Below, in pieces: positions 37,856 through 46,336 of a DNA stretch of 64,000 nt (the stretch's first letter is position 1; every line of letters starts with the position of its first letter). Under the pieces are notes generated by a model. The model was given only the letters and a program-made list of their open reading frames with translations. It was not told the DNA's origin and made no database searches. The position numbers were made by a program, and so were the translations under genes. Source of the DNA: Candidatus Thalassarchaeum sp. (lineage in GTDB: Archaea; Thermoplasmatota; Poseidoniia; Poseidoniales; Thalassarchaeaceae); contig JBJLJN010000014.1 in assembly GCA_045559735.1 (NCBI GenBank), positions 97,577-161,576 on the forward strand, given 5' to 3'.

Positions 37856-38767
37856 ATGAGGTTGCCTACTTCAATAGTGACCCTTCTTCTACTGTCGGTT
37901 TCACTCTCCGGGTGTCTATCAAAAGAGGACATCAAGGACGAAGGCCGTTTCATAGTAGATGAAAGCGAATTAATCAACACTGAGGGTCCTGATTACTGCG
38001 GTGATTTCGACGGTGACGGTAAGCCCGATTGCCCGCTCAGTGGATACATTCCCGACACCAGTCCATGGTGGTGTAACTCAACCGGGATAGGAGGGCATCA
38101 TGTTGATCCAGCATATGAGGGAATGGCCAAGGAGGAGCTCGGGCCAGAATTGTGTGAGGTCCTCACATACGAACTGAAGGATGCGATAGAGTGGGCTGCC
38201 CAATGGCCGACTCTAGGTGATGCTGAGGATGCCGGTTACACGATGACAGTAGAATATGTCGAGGGCATGGGAACCCACCACGTAATGCTAAATGACTTCT
38301 CAATGGATAATCCTGATTTCGATTCGCAAAACCCGGAGTTCCCGGGAACAATAATTGATGATGTGTTTGAGTACGACAGACCTGAATTCCTGATGTATGG
38401 AGGAGAGGAGAGAGACTCAGAGTTGGTCGGTTTCGCTTGGTTCGTGCGTGCCCCGGTCGATTTACCTCCAGAGGGTTTCACAGGGGATAACGACTGGTGG
38501 CACCGTCACCCCTCCATGTGCATCCGGCCCAGCGATTTTCTATTGAGGGGATCGGATGTCGACGAGGAAACTTGTGACAATAGGGACGGGGTCAATGTCA
38601 ATCTAGAAGAGTACTGGATGGTACACGCTTGGATAATCAGGCCCTGGCTGACCTATGATGATGTATTCACCAACCATCATCCCTGTTTGTATGAGGAAGG
38701 ACCAGAGAAGAATATGGAAGCGGATTGCTGGGATGAGAGTACCGAGCACGTCGGACATGATATCTAG
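37856..38767 (+). CDS. Hypothetical secreted lipoprotein-like protein, His/Trp-rich
   Basis: MRLPTSIVTLLLLSVSLSGC has a lipobox-like LSGC. The mature part has repeated His motifs (GGHHVDP, GMGTHHVM, WWHRHPSMC, NHHPC, HVGHD). The ORF opens earlier, at 37787. Confidence 0.5.
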   Translation: MRLPTSIVTLLLLSVSLSGCLSKEDIKDEGRFIVDESELINTEGPDYCGDFDGDGKPDCPLSGYIPDTSPWWCNSTGIGGHHVDPAYEGMAKEELGPELCEVLTYELKDAIEWAAQWPTLGDAEDAGYTMTVEYVEGMGTHHVMLNDFSMDNPDFDSQNPEFPGTIIDDVFEYDRPEFLMYGGEERDSELVGFAWFVRAPVDLPPEGFTGDNDWWHRHPSMCIRPSDFLLRGSDVDEETCDNRDGVNVNLEEYWMVHAWIIRPWLTYDDVFTNHHPCLYEEGPEKNMEADCWDESTEHVGHDI

Positions 38768-38841
38768 CGGCGTAATCCATCGCGGATGTTCCGAAAGGCG
38801 GAGCGTTTGATAGGGAGGGTAGTTAGCGAGGTGCGAGCAGA

Positions 38842-39519
38842 ATGGACTTTGAGGACCTGTTCAACACCCCAAGGAAGATGCAGATTGCTGGCATCAGTCT
38901 AGCGTTCATGCTGGCCTTCCCTCTCTACTTCCATTTCGTCCCGTCTCTGCTTGATGATGATATGCTTGGAGGTGGTTCCTCCGGTCAGTCGGGAAACTGG
39001 GAGGTCGGCTTTGCAGAGACTCCGATAATCCTGCAAGAGACTCAAGTATTGGGAGATGGTGACACTCACGACACTCTCTTCGATGTCATGACTGAGTTGA
39101 ACATCGGTTATGTTGAGTTGAATGTGGATTGCAATGACAATGATGACCCCGGACCGGGTTTCACTGACAGAGCAGAGGGCACCAGTGATGTCAGTCAGGT
39201 AGAGGGTGAGTTCGTAGACGAGACCGCTGACGGGCCGTGCTCCGGAGGTGACTCGGGTTTCACATTTCGATGGGATATCACCCAGAACTACACCGGAGAG
39301 AACTACACGGCTTCCGGGATGAGTGAGTCGGAACTGCGCGACATGTGGATGGATGGTGGCAGGGGCAGGGGCACTTGGGCTGCCACGATAACAGCTGAGA
39401 TCAATTCTCCGCCATCGCCTCTGGGTTCCATCGTGGATTCTGACGAGGAGTATGATATCACCTGGACTGCAATGACTTACGAGTTAATCTTGCAGCCCGT
39501 AGTAGAAGTTGAGGCCTAA
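38842..39519 (+). CDS. Hypothetical N-terminally anchored acidic extracytoplasmic protein
   Basis: A single TM (IAGISLAFMLAFPLYFHFVP) is followed by a D/E/T-rich domain. I recognised no family. Confidence 0.5.
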   Translation: MDFEDLFNTPRKMQIAGISLAFMLAFPLYFHFVPSLLDDDMLGGGSSGQSGNWEVGFAETPIILQETQVLGDGDTHDTLFDVMTELNIGYVELNVDCNDNDDPGPGFTDRAEGTSDVSQVEGEFVDETADGPCSGGDSGFTFRWDITQNYTGENYTASGMSESELRDMWMDGGRGRGTWAATITAEINSPPSPLGSIVDSDEEYDITWTAMTYELILQPVVEVEA

Positions 39520-40803
39520 TCAGGTCTTGGCGTAGATACTGATAATATCTCCATCTTGGACCTCGTGATCAGCACCTATCACTCTTGAGTTTCTCGCGTC
39601 TACCGCTCTGATGAATCCCTCACCCAAGTCCGAATGGACCTCATAGGCCAGTCCCTTAGCCGTGGTTCCCTCGGGAACGAGGATTGCGTCTGGTAGGATA
39701 TTGCCTTCTCCATCAACCCAGTGACTCTCATCTTGAACTGGATATGCTACCCTGCGTGAAAGGGTCCCGAACACGACTTGCGAGAGCAACCCAAACAGGC
39801 CACCGCCCTCCCATGTAAGTGACTCCGAGATAGATTGGAGTGCTTTCCGTTGCTGCTCTGTCATTCTCTCCTCGCCCTTCGCAGTTATCTCAAATCCGGT
39901 GTCGCCTGGCCTGCACTCAATAATGCCGGCAGTGCTGGCCCTGCTCAGTGCGAGTTCGGCCTCGGCGCTGGTTGGAACTAGAACGCCCCCCTCTTTGCTA
40001 ATCGCCAATGCTAATTCGGCCCATGCACCGGTAGAGGCCAAGTCAGCCTTGTTCGCAGCAACAGAGAACGGGAACAGCGCCTTGCGAATCTCTGAGGACA
40101 TGGTCATCAATTCGGAATCACCCCACTGCGAGGCTGATTCTGAATCAGGATGATGAGCGCGAACGCCGGATAGACCTATGTTGATGTGGGTTTCTGTCGC
40201 ACCGATTCCGGTGAGTTGCGTAAGTGCGTACTCAAACAGCGCCTTCTCTCCCTCCGCCTGTACTCGCCTAGCGGCACGACCCCATCCTCCTCTCAATATC
40301 CCTGCTATCCAGGCCTCAATCTCCTCGACTAGGAATCTATGCTCCTCCATAGGCTCAGAGCCGCCGCTACCGACCGGATTACCATCCAAATCAGTTGAAC
40401 CGGAGACATCGACTACCTGGATCAGGGCATCGCATCTAGCTAGGTCAGAAAGGAACTGGTTGCCCCTTCCCTTGCCTTCATGAGCCCCTGGTACCAATCC
40501 TGCGACATCCACCAGAGTTACTGGCACGAGTCTGCGATGCCCCGAACACGAGCCGGAGTTTGGCTCGCATATGCTACCCTCTCTAGGGTCGTCCTCAGTG
40601 GTTGGATTAAGTCGGCCGGCCTCCTGTTTTCTCTCTCTGAGTTCAGAGCAGGCACAGATCGAAGGCAGGGGAAGCCAAGCGACACCGACATTGGGCTCTA
40701 TTGTGGTGAAAGGATAGTTCGCGATATCTACGGGGGTCTGTGTCATAGCCGAGAAGGTCGTCGATTTACCCACGTTCGGCTTGCCGACCAGTCCTATCCG
40801 CAT
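39520..40803 (-). CDS. Obg-like GTPase (YchF/Ygr210-type) with C-terminal TGS domain
   Basis: G1 is GKPNVGKST, G2 is TIEPNVG, G3 is DVAGLVPGAHEGKGRGNQFL and G4 is ANKAD. The TGS-like end reads QDGDIISIY. Confidence 0.85.
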   Translation of the reverse strand: MRIGLVGKPNVGKSTTFSAMTQTPVDIANYPFTTIEPNVGVAWLPLPSICACSELRERKQEAGRLNPTTEDDPREGSICEPNSGSCSGHRRLVPVTLVDVAGLVPGAHEGKGRGNQFLSDLARCDALIQVVDVSGSTDLDGNPVGSGGSEPMEEHRFLVEEIEAWIAGILRGGWGRAARRVQAEGEKALFEYALTQLTGIGATETHINIGLSGVRAHHPDSESASQWGDSELMTMSSEIRKALFPFSVAANKADLASTGAWAELALAISKEGGVLVPTSAEAELALSRASTAGIIECRPGDTGFEITAKGEERMTEQQRKALQSISESLTWEGGGLFGLLSQVVFGTLSRRVAYPVQDESHWVDGEGNILPDAILVPEGTTAKGLAYEVHSDLGEGFIRAVDARNSRVIGADHEVQDGDIISIYAKT

Positions 40804-40852
40804 AGCATCCCCCTAGTGATGAAACAGGGACTCTTCCCTCAAGGTGACGGTC

Positions 40853-42508
40853 TCAGTGCAGTTCCGTGGGACCGCCGGCCTCGTCGCTCTCACCAACTGG
40901 GATAACGGTCGTGTCGAGGTGTGCCCCTCCGGCGAGGATTCTCCTGACCGAAGTCGGAGTGGTGAGAGAGTAGTCGTCTCGAGAGATTGAGGTCAAAGTT
41001 GCCCTGCCCTCGGAGACAGGTGCTCCGCGATACAGGCCGTTCAGTGCGTTGAGAGTGTGCATGATGGCTCCGATGGCCGTTCCGTAGAACAGAATTGCAC
41101 CTACGACCCTGACTTCTCCGGAAATGATTCCAGTAGCATCGGCTGCGGCTTCGATCTGTGCGACATCAGCCATCATGGTGATGGATAGCCCGAAGAAGGC
41201 CCCCCATCCCATCATCCAAAAGGCCCATCGGGATCTATTGGCGGACAACAGATTCCTACCTGTTATCGAAGGATAGAGGTGCTGGGCGGCTCCCAGAGAG
41301 AGCGGAACCAGAACTAGCCAGATGACCATCAGAGCCAAGGTGGAGGATATCCCTGCGAGCTCGGGGTTGTGAGAAAGGGCATCAGACTGGACGAATAGAG
41401 AAGCTACCGCCAGTGGCAATAGCATCGAGATACCGAGATTGATTTCAGGAACTCCTGCGGAATCCGGATTCTCGACAAATGCATCACCCCCACGCAGCGT
41501 CATCATTACATTGGCAACCAGAGCGATGGTCGGCACTATTGCAAGTGCCATCAGGAATGCTACCGCAATGCCATCTGTGGACTGCATAGAGAGCTCTTCA
41601 AAGCCTGCCAGCAGCATGTCAGCAGCCATCCTTCCATCGGTGTACCCGAGAGGAGTGATGGTTGCTATCGCACCGACTGTGGTCACCGCAGTCAGCGACC
41701 TCGACCAAAGCGGATTGCCAGTAGCACTGGATGAGATGTAGAGTGAGATGCCGGCTAGAGTGGCAAAGAAGAAGGTGCCACTGACCAAGTGTGCGAGTAG
41801 CCATTGTACAGCACCCGAACCAATTCCCCCTAGGACGGTTGCTACCACAGAGACTGGGTCGGCAAGCATTCCGAGCATGATGAGCCAACCAGGCAGTGGT
41901 AGGGCTGACTTTCTCTCGGATGCAGTCAGTAGGAGATTGATCAGAACAGCAAGGAATGCCAATCCGTGTAGACTCGTAGCAATCAGGAAGATGTTGACTC
42001 CCAGAATTTCGGAATCGTGGGCAGCAATGACGAGAAACAGGACTGACAGAGTCCATAGGTACGAGACAAGAGTGCCGTTCTTCTCGCTAGCAAGCTCGGT
42101 GTTTGCGAGTTTGGGGATGATGTGGAAGCTGCTGGCGATGATTAGCATCCCGACCCCGCCGTAGAGGGTGGCGAAACCGGCAGCATAGAGCAGAGAGCTG
42201 GAAGTGGGGTTGTAACCCCACGAAGATAGACTGTGGAGAGCATTCGGGTCGTATGCGAGCCATAGCCCCTCGAATGTGAACAGTGAAGCCAGAATGAGCC
42301 AGAACATGCCTTGCATCATCCAAGTCTTCGATGCCGAACCCTCACGCCCCTCAACAAAATCAATTGCGGGTCCGAGAGCCTTCCCAAGAGCAAAACGGCA
42401 CATCGACTTGACAACATCGTTGAGTATCCAGAGGCCATTCTGCATCAGGAAGTAGGACAGAAACATTAAGCCCCAGAAAAAAGCCATCGAGGTAACTACG
42501 TCTCCCAT
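40853..42508 (-). CDS. Polytopic (about 12-14 TM) membrane protein of unknown function
   Basis: This 551-aa ORF is hydrophobic throughout. See findings for the heme-copper-oxidase-like loop motifs. Confidence 0.6.
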   Translation of the reverse strand: MGDVVTSMAFFWGLMFLSYFLMQNGLWILNDVVKSMCRFALGKALGPAIDFVEGREGSASKTWMMQGMFWLILASLFTFEGLWLAYDPNALHSLSSWGYNPTSSSLLYAAGFATLYGGVGMLIIASSFHIIPKLANTELASEKNGTLVSYLWTLSVLFLVIAAHDSEILGVNIFLIATSLHGLAFLAVLINLLLTASERKSALPLPGWLIMLGMLADPVSVVATVLGGIGSGAVQWLLAHLVSGTFFFATLAGISLYISSSATGNPLWSRSLTAVTTVGAIATITPLGYTDGRMAADMLLAGFEELSMQSTDGIAVAFLMALAIVPTIALVANVMMTLRGGDAFVENPDSAGVPEINLGISMLLPLAVASLFVQSDALSHNPELAGISSTLALMVIWLVLVPLSLGAAQHLYPSITGRNLLSANRSRWAFWMMGWGAFFGLSITMMADVAQIEAAADATGIISGEVRVVGAILFYGTAIGAIMHTLNALNGLYRGAPVSEGRATLTSISRDDYSLTTPTSVRRILAGGAHLDTTVIPVGESDEAGGPTELH

Positions 42509-42517
42509 TTCTCAACC

Positions 42518-42856
42518 TCACTCACTTGTCGCTTCTGTCATCATAGTGGCGATGATTGCGAATACTCCCAGCATCACTCCCAGAATGAAGAACCAGATGC
42601 CTGAATCGAACACTCCATCGAAGACAGGGAGTATGTCTGAGATGACCGGTAAATCCCGGCCCGGGAATAGCATCCCATGTAAAATCAGAGTGGCTATAGA
42701 AAGAACCAGACCAAGTGCCAGCACAACCCATGAAGATGTGGGTTCGCTCTCTCCCTGAATGAATTCACCCACCGAATCCGTGGAATCTGATGACATCTCA
42801 TCACACCTTCTCGCCAAACGAGATGCCACGACCACAGAAGATTGCCCCTTAAGCAT
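42518..42856 (-). CDS. Hypothetical small membrane protein (2-3 TM)
   Basis: This 112-aa ORF lies 9 nt upstream of the 551-aa membrane protein on the same strand. Confidence 0.45.
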   Translation of the reverse strand: MLKGQSSVVVASRLARRCDEMSSDSTDSVGEFIQGESEPTSSWVVLALGLVLSIATLILHGMLFPGRDLPVISDILPVFDGVFDSGIWFFILGVMLGVFAIIATMMTEATSE

Positions 42857-42880
42857 TGGGCGAGGGACTTCGTCCCTCGT

Positions 42881-44014
42881 CTATGGTGCTCTGAGTAGAT
42901 CTATCGGCGCTCCTCGTCTGTCAGTGCCGGTTCCGAGCGGAACTGGGAGATACCGGTCGTTGTCAATCTCGGATTTCCAGACCGATTTGCAGGTGCAGTC
43001 CAGCCCCTCGAGTTCTCGTAGATCTGCAGACACCGAATAACGCTCTATGGCAGCCACGACCTCCTCATCGCACTTACCGCAGTTGTGTGCTCCCCGGAGC
43101 TTTCCCCCAGCAGTCGGATGGACGATCATTCGAACCCCGGAGTTCGCGGTGTCGGAATGCGTGCTCTCAAGCATGTCCACAAGCGACCACAGCCACGGGG
43201 GGCGATACTCACGATTGCGGTAGAGTCGATCGACCACGGTTCGACGCTGGATATTCATCGGATTCACTGAGATGTCGTCTGAGTACGGGGCAACCTCTGT
43301 GACCCACTTGCTGGTCAGCCTCAGGGCGTCACCCTCAGACATGAATGGAGGCTTGAACAGAAGGTAGGTCTTGACTCTCAAGCCGTTGTCCTTGAGCATC
43401 TCGACAGAGCGATGCCACTGCTTGGTCGAGAATCCCTTGTTCACATGGAATCTCAGCACCGTATCATCGTAGGCCTCCAGACCGATTGCGACTGTGCATC
43501 CAGGATGCCTCTCAGCGACCCATGCCATCTTTTCAGGGGTACACATTTGGGCTTGGGCCTCAATGACCAGATGTAGTCCTCTCTCGTGAGTCTCCCTGAG
43601 AATAGCATCCTGCCACTCGGGAGGGTTCTCACGATCCTCAAAGAAGGTCCCGGAGGTATACACCTTGACCATGCTACAGCCCTCGAAGTCATCGAGCCTG
43701 CGCTTGGCCTCTTCCCACTGAGCGAACAGGTCGTCAGCTGTTACGTCGTCTCGAACGTCGTTGAAGTAGCCGCAGAAGGTACAGCCGGACTTCCACCACC
43801 ACACGCACCCGCGGGTCCGGAAAATCACTGTGGCAGCGGTGCAGTGAGTTCCATCTGGCATAATCTCGGGTGTCTTGTAGACGGTCGCCGGCTCGGTGGC
43901 ATCCCACGACTCTCTCCTTCTCACTGACTCAGGGGTGTTCTCTGGGGCCTTGATGAGATGGTGGACCTTTACCGCCTTCGAACCATCACCCAACATCCCA
44001 GACGCCTGTGCCAT
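42881..44014 (-). CDS. Radical SAM protein, TIGR01210/Elp3-like (RaSEA-like, archaeosine-pathway candidate)
   Basis: The non-canonical cluster motif is RTRGCVWWWKSGCTFCGY (C-x8-C-x2-C). A TIM-barrel-length core follows, and a C-terminal CGKCDEE is present. The specific RaSEA call is tentative. Confidence 0.6.
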   Translation of the reverse strand: MAQASGMLGDGSKAVKVHHLIKAPENTPESVRRRESWDATEPATVYKTPEIMPDGTHCTAATVIFRTRGCVWWWKSGCTFCGYFNDVRDDVTADDLFAQWEEAKRRLDDFEGCSMVKVYTSGTFFEDRENPPEWQDAILRETHERGLHLVIEAQAQMCTPEKMAWVAERHPGCTVAIGLEAYDDTVLRFHVNKGFSTKQWHRSVEMLKDNGLRVKTYLLFKPPFMSEGDALRLTSKWVTEVAPYSDDISVNPMNIQRRTVVDRLYRNREYRPPWLWSLVDMLESTHSDTANSGVRMIVHPTAGGKLRGAHNCGKCDEEVVAAIERYSVSADLRELEGLDCTCKSVWKSEIDNDRYLPVPLGTGTDRRGAPIDLLRAP

Positions 44015-44103
44015 GATGCTGCCGTCGCCGGCGATGATTTGAGGATGCCGTAGGCGATGCTATAGGGGCTCAGCGGGGTGACTGAGGCACGAGGAGGGTT
44101 GAG

Positions 44104-44826
44104 ATGCGCGGCTTCCATCTAATTCAGAACGTTCTCTCAGTGGTCGTGATGTTGTTCATCGCAGTAATCTGGGGTGTGGCAGCGGCTCCGGGCTACCTCC
44201 TCGTGATGTGGATTAGAGAACGAGTGGTTGGAGAGGGCATGCTCATCGAGGCTGTGGGAACAGGGATTGGGTTCGGTCTAGGCTACCTGTTCTGGGGCAT
44301 CTGCATGGTCATGCTCTGCGGCCTGCTCGGAGGTCTACTACGACCTCGCTTGGAGGAGGGGCGCGTCCCACTGCAGTCCTTCACCACCATCCAATGGGCG
44401 TGGTCGATGATTTTCCATCGCTCCGCCTTGTTGTTCCTGTGGGTAATCGTGCCCTCGTTCCTCGGCAACACCTACTACCGCCTGATGGGGGCCAAGATAG
44501 GCAAGGGGGCTCAACTCAACACCGACAACATCAACGATGCAGGGATGGTTACTCTGGGAGAAGGAGTGGTGATGGGTGGTCATGCAACCATCAACGCTCA
44601 TCTCACCGAGAAAGGTGAACTCGTTCTATCTCCTGTCAAAGTTGGTGACGGCGCCTTGCTCGGCACGGGCAGCATAGTCCAACCCGGTTGCGAGATTGGT
44701 GCTGATGCTGTGGTGGCATCGCGCGCTGTTGTGCCGAAATGGACGAAAATACCCGCTGGAGAGGTCTGGGCCGGGATGCCTGCTAAGTGCATCAGGCTAG
44801 CTGACGGTACGAAGCCGGGTGGTTGA
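44104..44826 (+). CDS. Membrane-anchored left-handed beta-helix (hexapeptide-repeat) acyl/acetyltransferase
   Basis: Three N-terminal TM helices are followed by hexapeptide repeats GAKIGKGAQLN...VTLGEGVVMGGHATI...VKVGDGALLGTGSIVQPGCEIGADAVVASRAVV. Confidence 0.75.
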   Translation: MRGFHLIQNVLSVVVMLFIAVIWGVAAAPGYLLVMWIRERVVGEGMLIEAVGTGIGFGLGYLFWGICMVMLCGLLGGLLRPRLEEGRVPLQSFTTIQWAWSMIFHRSALLFLWVIVPSFLGNTYYRLMGAKIGKGAQLNTDNINDAGMVTLGEGVVMGGHATINAHLTEKGELVLSPVKVGDGALLGTGSIVQPGCEIGADAVVASRAVVPKWTKIPAGEVWAGMPAKCIRLADGTKPGG

Positions 44827-45567
44827 ATGGCCAAGAAGTGCATCGGAATTAGAGAGGATTCGGGGGACCAGTGCAACAGGTCAGCCAGCAGCGGCTCGGA
44901 CTTCTGCTACAAGCACCAGTCACAGGAAGATGATGCGACGATACTTCACATGGGCGCAGACGTTTACCACTGTCCTCAAGATGGGATGGAGTTGTTTAGG
45001 GATTACAAGAATAATTTCCATAGATGCAAGAGTTGCAAGGGTGTGCTTCTGGGCGCCAAGGGAATCGATCAGCAAGTTGTAGAGAATATCTCACATCTTG
45101 ACGAAATAGAATCTCATCAAGAGGTATGTCCCTGTTGTGGAGAGGGGGCCAATCTCTCTATTCGTGTAGTTGAATACTGTTATAGCAAGAGGAAGGGGCT
45201 TTTACAGACATATGGGGTGTCAAATATTTGGTTTTGCGATGATTGCTGGTCTGTCTGGATTCCCTATTTTCGTATGCCTGGAGCCGCTTTGAATTTGAGA
45301 CCGGTAGATGTACTGTTAGGTTATTACCAATCAAGGGTATTGGGGTACAGGGAGGTAATGGGCATCTCGGGCCAAAAATGGCCAAGTTACCAAATGAAGT
45401 TGAGAGAGGAAAGGCTGGAGAAGGAAGCCATGTATGAACGGAGATTAGCAAACCAACGGGCCAAGTGGTGCAATCACGTAGATGACCAAGGGGAGCAATG
45501 CAGTAAGAACAAGTCCCAGAAATCCACTCATGACCCAGAATACTGCTACAAGCACCAGCCGAAGTGA
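44827..45567 (+). CDS. Multi-zinc-module protein, paralog A (terminal C-C-C-H modules plus two internal zinc ribbons)
   Basis: The N-terminal module is CIGIREDSGDQCNRSASSGSDFCYKH and the C-terminal module is CNHVDDQGEQCSKNKSQKSTHDPEYCYKH. The internal ribbons are HCPQDG...HRCKSCKGVLL and CPCC...CDDCWSVW. The ATG directly abuts the upstream stop (TGAATG). Confidence 0.6.
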   Translation: MAKKCIGIREDSGDQCNRSASSGSDFCYKHQSQEDDATILHMGADVYHCPQDGMELFRDYKNNFHRCKSCKGVLLGAKGIDQQVVENISHLDEIESHQEVCPCCGEGANLSIRVVEYCYSKRKGLLQTYGVSNIWFCDDCWSVWIPYFRMPGAALNLRPVDVLLGYYQSRVLGYREVMGISGQKWPSYQMKLREERLEKEAMYERRLANQRAKWCNHVDDQGEQCSKNKSQKSTHDPEYCYKHQPK

Positions 45568-45571
45568 TTGA

Positions 45572-46336
45572 ATGGCCAAGAAGTGCATCGGAGTGAGAGA
45601 TGATACTGGCCATCCGTGCAACAGGTCAGCCAGCAGCGGCTCGGACTTCTGCTACCAGCACCAGTCACAGGGAGAAGATCAGAGGATAATCAACGCACTA
45701 AACGATGTCTATCACTGTCCGAATGACGGTCAGCAGTTGTATTGGCGGCCAAAGAAGATTCGTGAACCAGGTCGGAGTAGGCACAGATGCGATACGTGTG
45801 GTGGAGTCCTCTTGACTGAGAAGGGTATCGACCCGGTGGGGTTGGAGAACATCTTGCAGCTTCCAGAAGCCCTCAATGAGGGGGTGGTGGAGTGCCCCAC
45901 TTGTATTCCAGACAGCGACCTGCCCGAGGGTAGGGTTTTACTTTCCAATTTCACAGTGGAATGGGAATTCCGCGTGACGAAGTCACAATATCACTATGTC
46001 AGCTACCGTGGAGTGTCGAATATTGGCCATTGCAGAATATGCGGTTCAACCTGGTTTGCCGGCCCGGGAGAGCATGATGCGCTTGGAAAGAATATTGGAA
46101 AAGACAGGAAGGAGCTCTGGAGACATCTCGATTATCGCAGTGCTGAGAGATTTGGGGAACATATGCAATCCGTTTTGCGAGATGAAAGGGTGAAGCGGAT
46201 CATTGCGAAGAAGGAGAAGGAGGAGAAGCAGAAGGAAAAGCAGTGCAAGCATGTAGATTCAAACGGGCAACAGTGCAATAGAGAGAAGATGCAGAAGAAA
46301 GGGGCTGACTACTGCCACAAGCACCGACCGAAGTGA
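45572..46336 (+). CDS. Multi-zinc-module protein, paralog B
   Basis: It has the same architecture: CIGVRDDTGHPCNRSASSGSDFCYQH, HCPNDG...HRCDTCGGVLL, CPTC...CRICGSTW and CKHVDSNGQQCNREKMQKKGADYCHKH. Confidence 0.6.
   Translation: MAKKCIGVRDDTGHPCNRSASSGSDFCYQHQSQGEDQRIINALNDVYHCPNDGQQLYWRPKKIREPGRSRHRCDTCGGVLLTEKGIDPVGLENILQLPEALNEGVVECPTCIPDSDLPEGRVLLSNFTVEWEFRVTKSQYHYVSYRGVSNIGHCRICGSTWFAGPGEHDALGKNIGKDRKELWRHLDYRSAERFGEHMQSVLRDERVKRIIAKKEKEEKQKEKQCKHVDSNGQQCNREKMQKKGADYCHKHRPK

Noticed and set aside
44015-44103. A possible box C/D sRNA in the divergent spacer (GCGATGA ... CTGA about 50 nt apart).
   Set aside because: The C box deviates from RUGAUGA. No convincing D-prime/C-prime pair exists at the expected 12-nt guide spacing, and there is no terminal stem. 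The region is more simply a divergent promoter region.
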